Assembly: GCF_051958935.1 (NCBI RefSeq)
Contig: NZ_JBQCFP010000197.1
Span: 6,855-70,854 of the forward strand
Source of the DNA: Dokdonella sp.
Lineage (GTDB): Bacteria; Pseudomonadota; Gammaproteobacteria; Xanthomonadales; Rhodanobacteraceae
Length of the DNA: 64,000 nt
Reading direction: 5' to 3'
Within the stretch, counting starts at the first letter, position 1. Each line of letters opens with the position of its first letter. A program made the translations under genes and the position numbers. The notes beneath the pieces were generated by a model. That model made no database searches and was not told the origin of the DNA. It saw nothing but the letters and a program-made list of their open reading frames with translations. Below, piece by piece: positions 50,174 through 59,157 of the stretch.

Positions 50174-50872
50174 TCAGGCGCTGTCGACGAGCACGACCTC
50201 GGCGTCGGCGAGTGCGGTCACGTTGAACGCGTCCTGGTCGCGGATCGCCGCGCCGTCGCGCGCATCGATGCGCACGCCGTCGATCTCGACGCTGCCGGCC
50301 GCGGGGACGAGGTAGGCGTGCCGCCCCGCGCCGAGTTCGTAGCGCACCGACTCGCCGGCCTTGAGCGTCGCACCGAGCACGCGCGCGTCGGTGCGGATCG
50401 GCAATGCATCGTCGTCGCCGGCGATGCCGCTGGCGAGCGTGACGAAGCGGCCGGACCGGTCGCCCTTCGGGAACGGCCGCGCGCCCCACGACGGCTCGCC
50501 CCCACGGCGCGTCGGCAGGATCCAGATCTGGAAGATGCGCGTCGTTTCGTTCTCGAGGTTGTACTCCGCATGCTGGATGCCGCTGCCCGCGCTCATGACC
50601 TGCACGTCGCCCGCCACGGTGCGGCCCTGGTTGCCGAGGCTGTCGCGATGCGTGATCGCGCCGTCGCGCACGTAGGTGATGATCTCCATGTCCGCGTGCG
50701 GATGCGGCGGGAATCCCGTCTGCGCGGCGATCTCGTCATCGTTCCATACGCGCAGGTTGCCCCACGCCATGCGCGAGGGGTCGTGGTAGCCGGCGAACGA
50801 GAAGTGATGCTTCGCCTTGAGCCAGCCGTGGTCGGCCCCGCCGAGCTGGTTGAACGGTCTGCGTTCGATCAT
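50174..50872 (-). CDS. Pirin family protein (quercetin 2,3-dioxygenase-like bicupin)
   Basis: It starts at internal Met 42 of track ORF 50174..50995 (MIERRPFNQLGGADHGWLKAKHHFSFAGY...). It has GFPPHPHADMEIITYV. Confidence 0.9.
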   Translation of the reverse strand: MIERRPFNQLGGADHGWLKAKHHFSFAGYHDPSRMAWGNLRVWNDDEIAAQTGFPPHPHADMEIITYVRDGAITHRDSLGNQGRTVAGDVQVMSAGSGIQHAEYNLENETTRIFQIWILPTRRGGEPSWGARPFPKGDRSGRFVTLASGIAGDDDALPIRTDARVLGATLKAGESVRYELGAGRHAYLVPAAGSVEIDGVRIDARDGAAIRDQDAFNVTALADAEVVLVDSA

Positions 50873-51087
50873 CTTGCATCTCCGTCGTGCCCGCGTCGGG
50901 CACTGCTGGCGAAAAAGGTAGGGTCGGCGGGGCGGGCGCACCAGTCGGCGCGACCGCGACGCAGTGTTCGCGTGGACGCACGCCGGCCAGGGCAATTCCG
51001 CGGGAGCAGCGGCAGCCGCGATGCCCTTCGGCCCTCGCAGGGCGGCACGCTCGCAGCGCGTGCCGCCGCCGGGCGCGCCGATGCCCG

Positions 51088-51860
51088 TCAGCTACGCAAC
51101 CCGACGCCCCGCCGAAGCAACGTCAACGCAATCGCCGCGAGCACGACCGCGAACGCGAGCATGACTGCGTAGGCCGTCCACATCGGGATGTCGCTGATGC
51201 CGAGCAGGCCGTAGCGGAACGCGTTGACCATGTAGAGGATCGGGTTCGCATGGCTGATCTCGCGCCACGGCGAGCCGAGCTGGTTGACGGAATAGAACAC
51301 GCCGCCGAGATAGGTGAGCGGCGTGAGCACGAAGGTCGGCACCAGCGCGATGTCGTCGAACTTCTTCGCGTAGACCGCATTGACGAAGCCGGCGAGCGAG
51401 AACACGACCGCGGTGAGCAGCACGGTCGAGAGCGTGATCCACGGGTGGTAGAGGTGGATGCGCGTGAAGAACAGCGAGATCGCGAGCACGATCAGCGCGA
51501 CCATCAGCCCGCGCAGCACCGCGCCGGTGACGTAACCGGCGAGCACGACCCAGCTCGGCATCGGCGAAGCGAGCATCTCCTCGACGTAGCGGCCGAACTT
51601 CGAGCCGAAGAACGAGGACGAGATGTTGCCGTAACTGTTGGTGATCACCGCCATCATGATGAGCCCGGGCACGATGTAGTCGATGTACTGGATGCCTTCG
51701 GCGACTTCGCCGATGCGGCTGCCCACCATGCGCCCGAAGATGACGAAGTAGAGCGTCATCGTGATCGCCGACGGCAGCAGCGTCTGCATCCAGATGCGCA
51801 GGATGCGCACGACCTCGCGGCGGGTGATCGTGCCGAACGCGACGAAATTCGGGTTCGCGC

Positions 51861-51864
<4 letters not shown>
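51088..51864 (-). CDS. yadH: ABC-2 type transporter permease (YadH-like)
   Basis: Full track ORF. It has RILRIWMQTLLPSAITMTLYFVIFG and six TM segments. It has an ATGA overlap with the ATPase gene. Confidence 0.88.
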
Positions 51865-52808
<944 letters not shown>

Positions 52809-52894
52809 GGAGCCTTGGAGGGAGCCGGGACGGGGTCGTTCGGCGGCTGCTGGTAGTATAGCGGGCCGTTTTGCGCGTCCTACGTTCGGTCTCG

Positions 52895-53638
52895 ATGGAA
52901 CATTTCAAGCTCCGCCTCGCTGCGAGTCACATGCTCGCCCCCACCGTCCGCCACCTCGCGTTCGAGCGCGAGGACGGTGCGGCGTTCGCCTTCGTGCCAG
53001 GCCAGTTCCTGCAGATCCACTTCCACTACGCCGACGGCAAGCCGACCAAGCGCAGCTATTCGGTGGCGACCATCGGCGACGGCAAGGGGCCGGTACAGCG
53101 CATCGAGATCGCCGTTTCCTACGTCGAGGGCGGCGCGGCGACCGAATTGCTGTCGACGCTCGACGAGGGCGGCACGATCGAGGCGAGCGGCCCGTACGGA
53201 CGCTTCTGCCTCATGGACGGCGACACCAACGCACGCTACCTGCTCGTCGCGACCGGCACCGGCGTCACGCCGTACCGCGCGATGCTGCCGCAGATCCGCA
53301 CGCTCACGCGGTCGCGCGGCTGCACGTTCGCGCTCGTCTACGGCGCGCGCAACGAAAGCGAGCTGCTCTACGGCGAGGAGTTCGAGGCGTTCGCGCGCGA
53401 GGTGCCCGGCTTCACCTTCCATCCCTGCCTCAGTCGCACGCCGCGTGCGGTGCCGCGTCCGCACGACCGTCATGGCCGCGCGCAGGTCGCGCTCGGCGAA
53501 CTCGGCCCGAATGCGGCGACCGACATCGCTTACCTCTGCGGCAACCCGAACATGGTCGACGAGGCGTTCGCGATGCTCAAGGAAGCGGGCCTGCCGGTGC
53601 CGCACATCCGCCGCGAGAAATACGTCTCCTCGCGCTGA
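52895..53638 (+). CDS. Ferredoxin-NADP+ reductase family flavoprotein (FAD/NAD-binding)
   Basis: I start it at Met 9 (MEHFKLRL...) of track ORF 52871..53638. It has RSYSVA (FAD binding), GPYGRF, VATGTGVTPYRAM and YLCGNPNMV. Confidence 0.8.
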   Translation: MEHFKLRLAASHMLAPTVRHLAFEREDGAAFAFVPGQFLQIHFHYADGKPTKRSYSVATIGDGKGPVQRIEIAVSYVEGGAATELLSTLDEGGTIEASGPYGRFCLMDGDTNARYLLVATGTGVTPYRAMLPQIRTLTRSRGCTFALVYGARNESELLYGEEFEAFAREVPGFTFHPCLSRTPRAVPRPHDRHGRAQVALGELGPNAATDIAYLCGNPNMVDEAFAMLKEAGLPVPHIRREKYVSSR

Positions 53639-53641
53639 GCC

Positions 53642-54631
53642 TCAGTAGGTCACGGTCACCGTGATCTTGTCGCTGTAGGCGCCCGCCGGCATCGGCGCCT
53701 GCGGCGCGACGCGGCCGTACACGGAGAGCACCTGCGCGAGACCGGTGCCGCTGCCGGCCAGCGTGTCGGTATTGAGCGTCGTGCCCCAACGCTGGTTGCG
53801 CGCGCTGTTGCGATAGAGCTCGTAGGCGACGCGGCTCGTGCCGCCGGCCATGCGGCGCGTCGTGCCGAGTGCATTCTGGCCGTTGTCGAGGCCGACCTGC
53901 CACGCGGTGTTGCGCGTGCAGGTCATCGTGATCGCCGATTGCTGGTCGATGTTCGCCGCGAAGTTGCTCGGCACCGAGCCGAAGTTCATGTCGCTCGCAG
54001 TGCCGATCTGGCAAAGGGAGGCGACGGTGGCCCGCGCCTGGAAGTCGAAGTTGTCGCTGCCGTCGCCCGTGCACGTCGCCGGATATGCTGGCGGCCCGAG
54101 GATGCTCTCGCTCGCGTTGTAGGTCATCTGCGCGGCATTGCCGCTGAACAGGCTCGAGTACGCGCCGGCGGCAAGGCTGGTCTGTCCGGCCGGCACGCGC
54201 CCGTAGAGGGTGAGGCTGCCGTTCTGCGTGGTGGTGCCGAGGAACGTGCTCAACTGCATGTGCGTGGTCACCGCGGGAAGGCCGGGCGCGGTGGACGAGC
54301 CCCAGACGAGGTTGCGCGCCGAATCGCTGTAGATCTGGAAGTTCATCGACTCGGTGCCCGCCTTCATCGTGCGCGGCGTGTAGCCCGTGCCGCCCGAGCC
54401 GGGTCCGATGTTGAAGCACAGGGTCACCGACGAGCCGCTCAGGAAGCCGGTGAAGGAACACCGGTAGTTGAGCGTCGCCGTCGTGTCGACGAGCGCGCCG
54501 GTCGGGTCGACGTTGCCGAACACGAGGTCGGACACCGAGGTGATGCTGCAACTCGTCGCCGCCGACGCGCCCTGCGCGGCGGCGAGGAGCAAGAGCAGCG
54601 CGGCGATGCGCGTGCGGATGCGGATCATCAT
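53642..54631 (-). CDS. Two-domain spore-coat-U (SCPU) pilus subunit, probable tip/adhesin subunit (CsuE-like position)
   Basis: Full track ORF with a signal peptide ending ...AAAQGASA. Two SCPU-like halves each contain F/MNFG and Y(R/S)...W motifs. The C-terminus is DKITVTVTY. It has an ATGA overlap with the usher stop. Confidence 0.8.
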   Translation of the reverse strand: MMIRIRTRIAALLLLLAAAQGASAATSCSITSVSDLVFGNVDPTGALVDTTATLNYRCSFTGFLSGSSVTLCFNIGPGSGGTGYTPRTMKAGTESMNFQIYSDSARNLVWGSSTAPGLPAVTTHMQLSTFLGTTTQNGSLTLYGRVPAGQTSLAAGAYSSLFSGNAAQMTYNASESILGPPAYPATCTGDGSDNFDFQARATVASLCQIGTASDMNFGSVPSNFAANIDQQSAITMTCTRNTAWQVGLDNGQNALGTTRRMAGGTSRVAYELYRNSARNQRWGTTLNTDTLAGSGTGLAQVLSVYGRVAPQAPMPAGAYSDKITVTVTY

Positions 54632-57018
54632 GGCTTCTCCTCGACGCAGCGCAGCGGGCCGAGCTGCGTGATCGCGTCGTTCGAGTCGGGCACGTCGATG
54701 CGCACGACGCAGGCGCCGGCCGGGCCGTCCACGCGTGCGCGCTGGCTCCGTTCGAGCCCTTCCAGGTAGACGACGCCGTCGAACCCGACGAGCGCCGCGT
54801 CGCCCTCGCGGCCTTCGATGCGCACGCGGCTGCCGAGCGCGAGCGGCGCGCCCTTCGCGTCGACGAGCGCGACCTGCGCGGCGCGCGACTGCTTCATGCC
54901 GAAGCGCACGAAAGTGCCGGCGCGATCGGCCGGCGTCGCGTCGGCGCTGACGCGTTCGACCTGCATGTTCGCGGGCAGCTGCATCGGGTCGATCGACAGG
55001 CGGTTGTGCTGGTACGCGTTGAGCCGCGCGACGAGCAGCAGGCCGTCGTCGTCGGTCTGGCCGATGGTACGGTTCTCGAGCTGCACCGGCACGCCGGCGA
55101 CGCCGTCGGTGGAGACCACCGCGAACGCATCGTCGATCGCGCGCGAGGCGAACACGTGGCCGCCGATGAGGGCGAACGCACCGCTCGCGCCGCCGTAGCC
55201 GTAGTGGCTGTCGCCGAGCGCGCTGACGCCGATGCTCGCCGCGCCGCGGTTGCCGAGCCAGCTCGCTTCCGCGGCGCCGCCATGGCTGCCGCCGTCGCCG
55301 CCCTCGCCCAGCAGGCGCCAGCCGAAGCCGCCGTCGCCGGGCACCGGCTGGCTCGCCTGCACGGCGACGCCGTCCGAATCCTGCCGGTGCTGCAGGCTCG
55401 CGCTCACGCTGCGCCGGCTCGCGAGGCTCCAGGTCACGCTGGCGAACACGCTGCGGTCGCGCGCGCGTTCGAGGTTGTGGTTGATGCCGATGTTGAGCGA
55501 CAGGGCCCCGCCGAACGTGTCGGACCAGAACATGCCGGCATAGCGTGCCGTCGGTTCGCCCGTGTACGCCTGGCGCAGGTAGTTGACGCCGAGCGAGCCC
55601 GCGTGGGCCGTGGCGACGCTGAACGTGGCGCGGTCGGTCGCGCGCGGCGGTGCCGGTCCATAGGCCGAAGCGGCGTCGCGATAGCCCTTCTGCGCGCGCG
55701 CGCTGTCGAACGAGAACGCGAACCGGCGGTCGGCCCAGCTGTAGCCGAGCGTGACCTGGCCCGCGCCGTCGCCGTGCGCATCGCTGCGCGCGACCGAGGC
55801 GCTCACCACGCCGCCACGGCTGCCGAGCAGCCAGACGCCGCCGACGCCGCCGAGCGCGAGGCCCGGCGCATGTTCGCCGTGCGCTTCGAGCGTGAAGCGG
55901 TCGCTGACGCCGTAGCGGAGGCTGCCGATGCCGAGCAGGTCGCTGCCGTAGTCGAACGAGGTGATGCCGTAGTTGCGCCGCACGTAGCCGACATCGACCG
56001 ACCAGTCGGCGAGGCCGCGGGCGAGGAGCTGCCGGCTCGCGTAGAGCGAGAGGTCGACCGTGCTCGCGCGGCCGAGCGCATCGGTGACGACGAGCTGCGC
56101 GCTACCGGCGCCGTTGATCACCGGCACCGTGTTGAGCTGGAACGGCCCGGGCGCGACCTGGCCGCTGTACTGGCGCACGCCGTCGACGTAGAGGTCGACC
56201 GCTGACGGCAGCGTCGCCGAGCCGAAGAAGGCCGGCAGCGGCGTCGTCACGCGGTACGGCTGCAGGCCGAAATCGGTGCCGATCGAAATGCCGCCGATGC
56301 GCGTCGCGCGCGTCCAGTCGAGCGCGTCGGTGACGGTGTCGCCGATGCGCAGGCGCAGCATCGAAGCGGGGAAGGCGAGCTGCCAGCTCGTATCGAGCCG
56401 CGCCGAGTCGCCGCGCCAGCCGCCGCCGTCCACGCGCGCGCCGCGCGTGATCGCGGTCGTCTCGAACACGCCGGCGCGATCGGCGAATGCGCGCAGGTCC
56501 GTGGTCGCGGCGACCGATCGCGTGCCGTCGCCGGCTGTCGCGTACAGGTCGTAGTCGAGCACCGCGCCCGGCGAACTGGTCGCGTGCGGTGCGTCGAAAG
56601 CCTGGGCATTGAGCGTCTGCGTCGCGAGCGAGAGGCGGCCGAGCGGCGCGGTGAGCGCGATGCGCTGGCGCTCGGCGTCGAACTCGACGACGACGTCGCC
56701 GAGCGAGGCGAGCGGCAACGGATCCGCCGCAGCGGGGTCGATCGCGAAGCCGAGCGCGCGCAGGGTGGACGCACGCACCCACAGCGCGCCGTCGCGCTGG
56801 TCGAAATGCGCGAGCCGTCCCGTCGCGACGCGATTGAGGGTGACGTCGAGGTAGAGGCTCGTGCCGCGCACCCACGCCTCGTCGTCGGCGATGAGGCCGC
56901 TGTCCGTCGTTTGCGCGTGTCCATGCGGCGCGCCCAGGGCGAACGCCGCGGCTGTGACGCAGCGGGCCAGCGCACTACGGGCGCTGATCGATCGTCGCCA
57001 CAACGCGTTCGACCGCAT
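54628..57018 (-). CDS. Fimbrial outer-membrane usher protein
   Basis: Full track ORF of 796 aa with a signal peptide. Its composition is beta-barrel-like. It lies between the chaperone and tip genes. Confidence 0.85.
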   Translation of the reverse strand: MRSNALWRRSISARSALARCVTAAAFALGAPHGHAQTTDSGLIADDEAWVRGTSLYLDVTLNRVATGRLAHFDQRDGALWVRASTLRALGFAIDPAAADPLPLASLGDVVVEFDAERQRIALTAPLGRLSLATQTLNAQAFDAPHATSSPGAVLDYDLYATAGDGTRSVAATTDLRAFADRAGVFETTAITRGARVDGGGWRGDSARLDTSWQLAFPASMLRLRIGDTVTDALDWTRATRIGGISIGTDFGLQPYRVTTPLPAFFGSATLPSAVDLYVDGVRQYSGQVAPGPFQLNTVPVINGAGSAQLVVTDALGRASTVDLSLYASRQLLARGLADWSVDVGYVRRNYGITSFDYGSDLLGIGSLRYGVSDRFTLEAHGEHAPGLALGGVGGVWLLGSRGGVVSASVARSDAHGDGAGQVTLGYSWADRRFAFSFDSARAQKGYRDAASAYGPAPPRATDRATFSVATAHAGSLGVNYLRQAYTGEPTARYAGMFWSDTFGGALSLNIGINHNLERARDRSVFASVTWSLASRRSVSASLQHRQDSDGVAVQASQPVPGDGGFGWRLLGEGGDGGSHGGAAEASWLGNRGAASIGVSALGDSHYGYGGASGAFALIGGHVFASRAIDDAFAVVSTDGVAGVPVQLENRTIGQTDDDGLLLVARLNAYQHNRLSIDPMQLPANMQVERVSADATPADRAGTFVRFGMKQSRAAQVALVDAKGAPLALGSRVRIEGREGDAALVGFDGVVYLEGLERSQRARVDGPAGACVVRIDVPDSNDAITQLGPLRCVEEKP

Positions 57019-57742
57019 CGCCGTTGATCCTCGATTGCAAGTGCGCGTCGCGCGTGCCGGCCGGGATCTTCACCGCCCAGCGCATCGTGCTTCCTGGCAG
57101 CACGTAGCCGAGCAGGCCCGGCACGAGTTCATCGCGCTGGCCGTGCGATTCGAGCGCGAGGTTGCCGAGCTGGGCGTGCGTGCCGCCGTCGTTGCGCACT
57201 TCCAGTGCGGTTTCGCCGTCGCGTTCGACGAGCGTGCCGTGGAGGTCGGGGCCCGTCTGGCCTTCGGCCGTGACGAACACCGGAATCGAGTAGCGCAGCA
57301 CGAACTTGAGCTGCGTGCCGGCGGCCGCAGGTGGCGGCGTTGCCGCGTCAGCGACCGGTTCGTCCACCGGCAGCTCGTCGACGATGATGCGGTAGGCCGC
57401 TTCGGCGCGCGTTGGCGGCAGGCCGACTCGGATCACGCGTACGAGCTGGCGCGCACCGGGTGCGAGCTCCAGCATCGGTGGGCTGATCGCGAGCGCGCGC
57501 GACGGCTCGAGGTGTTCCTCGCCGCCGCGTTGCGTCCATTCGTACACGCGCGCCTGTGCGTGCAGGGCCTCGGCGCTCGTGTTGGTGAGCCACAGGCCGT
57601 CGGCGTTCTGCGCGGGGCCCAGGCTCAGCGTCGTCGGTGCGACCTGCAGTCCGGTCGCCCCGGCCGCGCCGGCGAGCGCGAGCGAAAGCAGCGAAGACGC
57701 CAGCAGCGTCGTGCCATGGTTCATTCGCCCGCGCATCGGCAT
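56975..57742 (-). CDS. Periplasmic pilus chaperone (PapD-like, Csu/archaic type)
   Basis: Full track ORF with a signal peptide. It has GLQVAPTTLSL...RVYEW and the IIVDELP motifs. It overlaps the usher start by 44 nt. An alternative start lies at 57724. Confidence 0.8.
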   Translation of the reverse strand: MPMRGRMNHGTTLLASSLLSLALAGAAGATGLQVAPTTLSLGPAQNADGLWLTNTSAEALHAQARVYEWTQRGGEEHLEPSRALAISPPMLELAPGARQLVRVIRVGLPPTRAEAAYRIIVDELPVDEPVADAATPPPAAAGTQLKFVLRYSIPVFVTAEGQTGPDLHGTLVERDGETALEVRNDGGTHAQLGNLALESHGQRDELVPGLLGYVLPGSTMRWAVKIPAGTRDAHLQSRINGDAVERVVATIDQRP

Positions 57743-57746
57743 CGCC

Positions 57747-58250
57747 TCAGTACGTGACCGTCGCGGTCACGACGTCGGTATAGCTCAGCGCCGGGAAATT
57801 CGCACTCGGCACGCGGCCGAAGACCGGCACGTTCTGCGTCGCGCCCGTGCCGCTGCCGGAATAGACGTTGCCGCCGGCGCCCGTCGTGCTGCCCCAGACG
57901 TCCGCCGCGGTGCGGGTCGTGGCGCGATAGAGCTGGTACGGCACGAGGTTGGTGCCGTTCTTCATCTTGCGCGTGTTGACGTCGGCGCCGTTCTGGCCGT
58001 TGTCGAGCGCGATGGTGTAGGCGGTCTGCGGCGTGCAGTTGATGTTGAGGGAGCCCTGCGCGTCGGTATTGACCGCGGTGGAGGCCACGGTACCGAAGTT
58101 GACGTCGGTCGCCGCGGTCGTGTGGATGTCGCAGGTGCTGGTGATCGTGAGCTTGACGTTGAACGTGGTGCTGTCGGTCGCGGCGAACGCGGAACCGGCG
58201 AAGCAGGTCGCGAGCGCGAGAGTGAGGATGCGAACCTTGTTGGAAAACAT
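57747..58250 (-). CDS. SCPU-domain major pilin (CsuA/B-like)
   Basis: It starts at internal Met 18 of track ORF 57747..58301 (MFSNKVRILTLALATCFAGSAFA is the signal peptide). It has VNFGTV, NGQN and YQLY, and the C-terminus is DVVTATVTY. Confidence 0.85.
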   Translation of the reverse strand: MFSNKVRILTLALATCFAGSAFAATDSTTFNVKLTITSTCDIHTTAATDVNFGTVASTAVNTDAQGSLNINCTPQTAYTIALDNGQNGADVNTRKMKNGTNLVPYQLYRATTRTAADVWGSTTGAGGNVYSGSGTGATQNVPVFGRVPSANFPALSYTDVVTATVTY

Positions 58251-58355
58251 GACCGTGTACCCCTTCAGAATGGATGTCCAGTCGCGGACGGAGACCCGCA
58301 TCGAGCGAAATCGACCCGTTCAGGAATCGTCGACAAGCGCAGGCGCAGGGGTCTA

Positions 58356-58372
58356 AGCAAGGGGTGTGCCAA
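58356..58372 (-). promoter_or_regulatory. Sigma-54 (-24/-12) promoter upstream of the pilin gene
   Basis: The minus strand reads TTGGCACACCCCTTGCTT, an exact TGGCAC-N5-TTGC. The -12 element lies about 107 nt upstream of the pilin ATG. Confidence 0.6.
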
Positions 58373-58494
58373 TTGAGAACCACGTCACATTTCGGCAGAG
58401 CATGACAATAAGTGGATCTACGTAGGCGCGCGTCGTCGCATTCGCGCCTTCGCCCGCGAAATTTGCGCGAGTGCGGCAATGAGCGCGGGCGGGC

Positions 58495-58514
58495 CTGTCA
58501 AGGACATTTGACAG
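58495..58514. promoter_or_regulatory. Palindrome CTGTCAA-N6-TTGACAG; a third TTGACAG half-site lies at 58552-58558
   Basis: This is an exact 7-6-7 inverted repeat. It lies 55-75 nt upstream of the membrane-protein/XRE operon and about 125-140 nt upstream of the sigma-54 promoter on the other strand. Confidence 0.4.
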
Positions 58515-58567
58515 ATCGGCGGTCGAAGGCGCAGCATTCTGTAAAGCGAACTTGACAGGTCGACGCG

Positions 58568-58966
58568 ATGTTCCGCGACTACTTCTGCGCTGGCACCACG
58601 CCGCGCTACTGGCGACTCACCGCGGTGCTGATGCTGCTGTACCTCGGCGGCATCGCGGTCGCATTCAGGTTCGGCCCGGGCTTCACCTCGCCCTTCGCGC
58701 GCGCCACCGCGGCGCTCGCGCCGGTGCCACCCGTACTCGGCTTCGTGCTGCTCGAGTTCCGCCGCATCCGTGCGACCGACGAGCTGCGCCAGCGGATCGA
58801 ACTCGAAGCGGCGACCTCGGCGCTCGCCCTCGGCGTACCGCTGCTGCTCGCGCTCGGCCTGCTCGACGGCGCGGGCGTGCTCGCCGTGCGCATGATCCTC
58901 GCCTCGCCGCTGCTGATCGGCATCTACCTGCTCGCGCAGCTGTGGGCGCACCGGCGCTACCGATGA
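58568..58966 (+). CDS. Four-TM membrane protein of unknown function
   Basis: Full track ORF. Its hydrophobic segments are interrupted by RRIRATDELRQRIELEA. Its stop overlaps the HTH gene ATG (ATGA). Confidence 0.65.
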   Translation: MFRDYFCAGTTPRYWRLTAVLMLLYLGGIAVAFRFGPGFTSPFARATAALAPVPPVLGFVLLEFRRIRATDELRQRIELEAATSALALGVPLLLALGLLDGAGVLAVRMILASPLLIGIYLLAQLWAHRRYR

Positions 58967-59157
58967 ACAACCAGGTACGCGCGCTGCGCGAGGCGAAGGG
59001 CTGGTCGCAGGGCGAACTCGCCGAGCAGCTCGCGGTCTCGCGCCAGACCGTCAACGCGATCGAGACCGGCAAGTACGACCCGAGCCTGCCGCTCGCCTTC
59101 CGCATCGCGCGGCTGTTCCGCAAGCCGATCGAAGCGATCTTCCATCCGGAGGCATGA
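58963..59157 (+). CDS. Small XRE-family helix-turn-helix transcriptional regulator (YozG-like, 64 aa)
   Basis: It is the tail of track ORF 58552..59157: MNNQVRALREAKGWSQGELAEQLAVSRQTVNAIETGKYDPSLPLAFRIARLF. Confidence 0.88.
   Translation: MNNQVRALREAKGWSQGELAEQLAVSRQTVNAIETGKYDPSLPLAFRIARLFRKPIEAIFHPEA

Noticed and set aside
58552-58557. TTGACA as the -35 element of the membrane-protein/XRE operon.
   Set aside because: It lies only 10 nt upstream of the ATG at 58568, too close to serve as a -35 for that start. I treat it as a third half-site of the CTGTCAA/TTGACAG palindrome instead.
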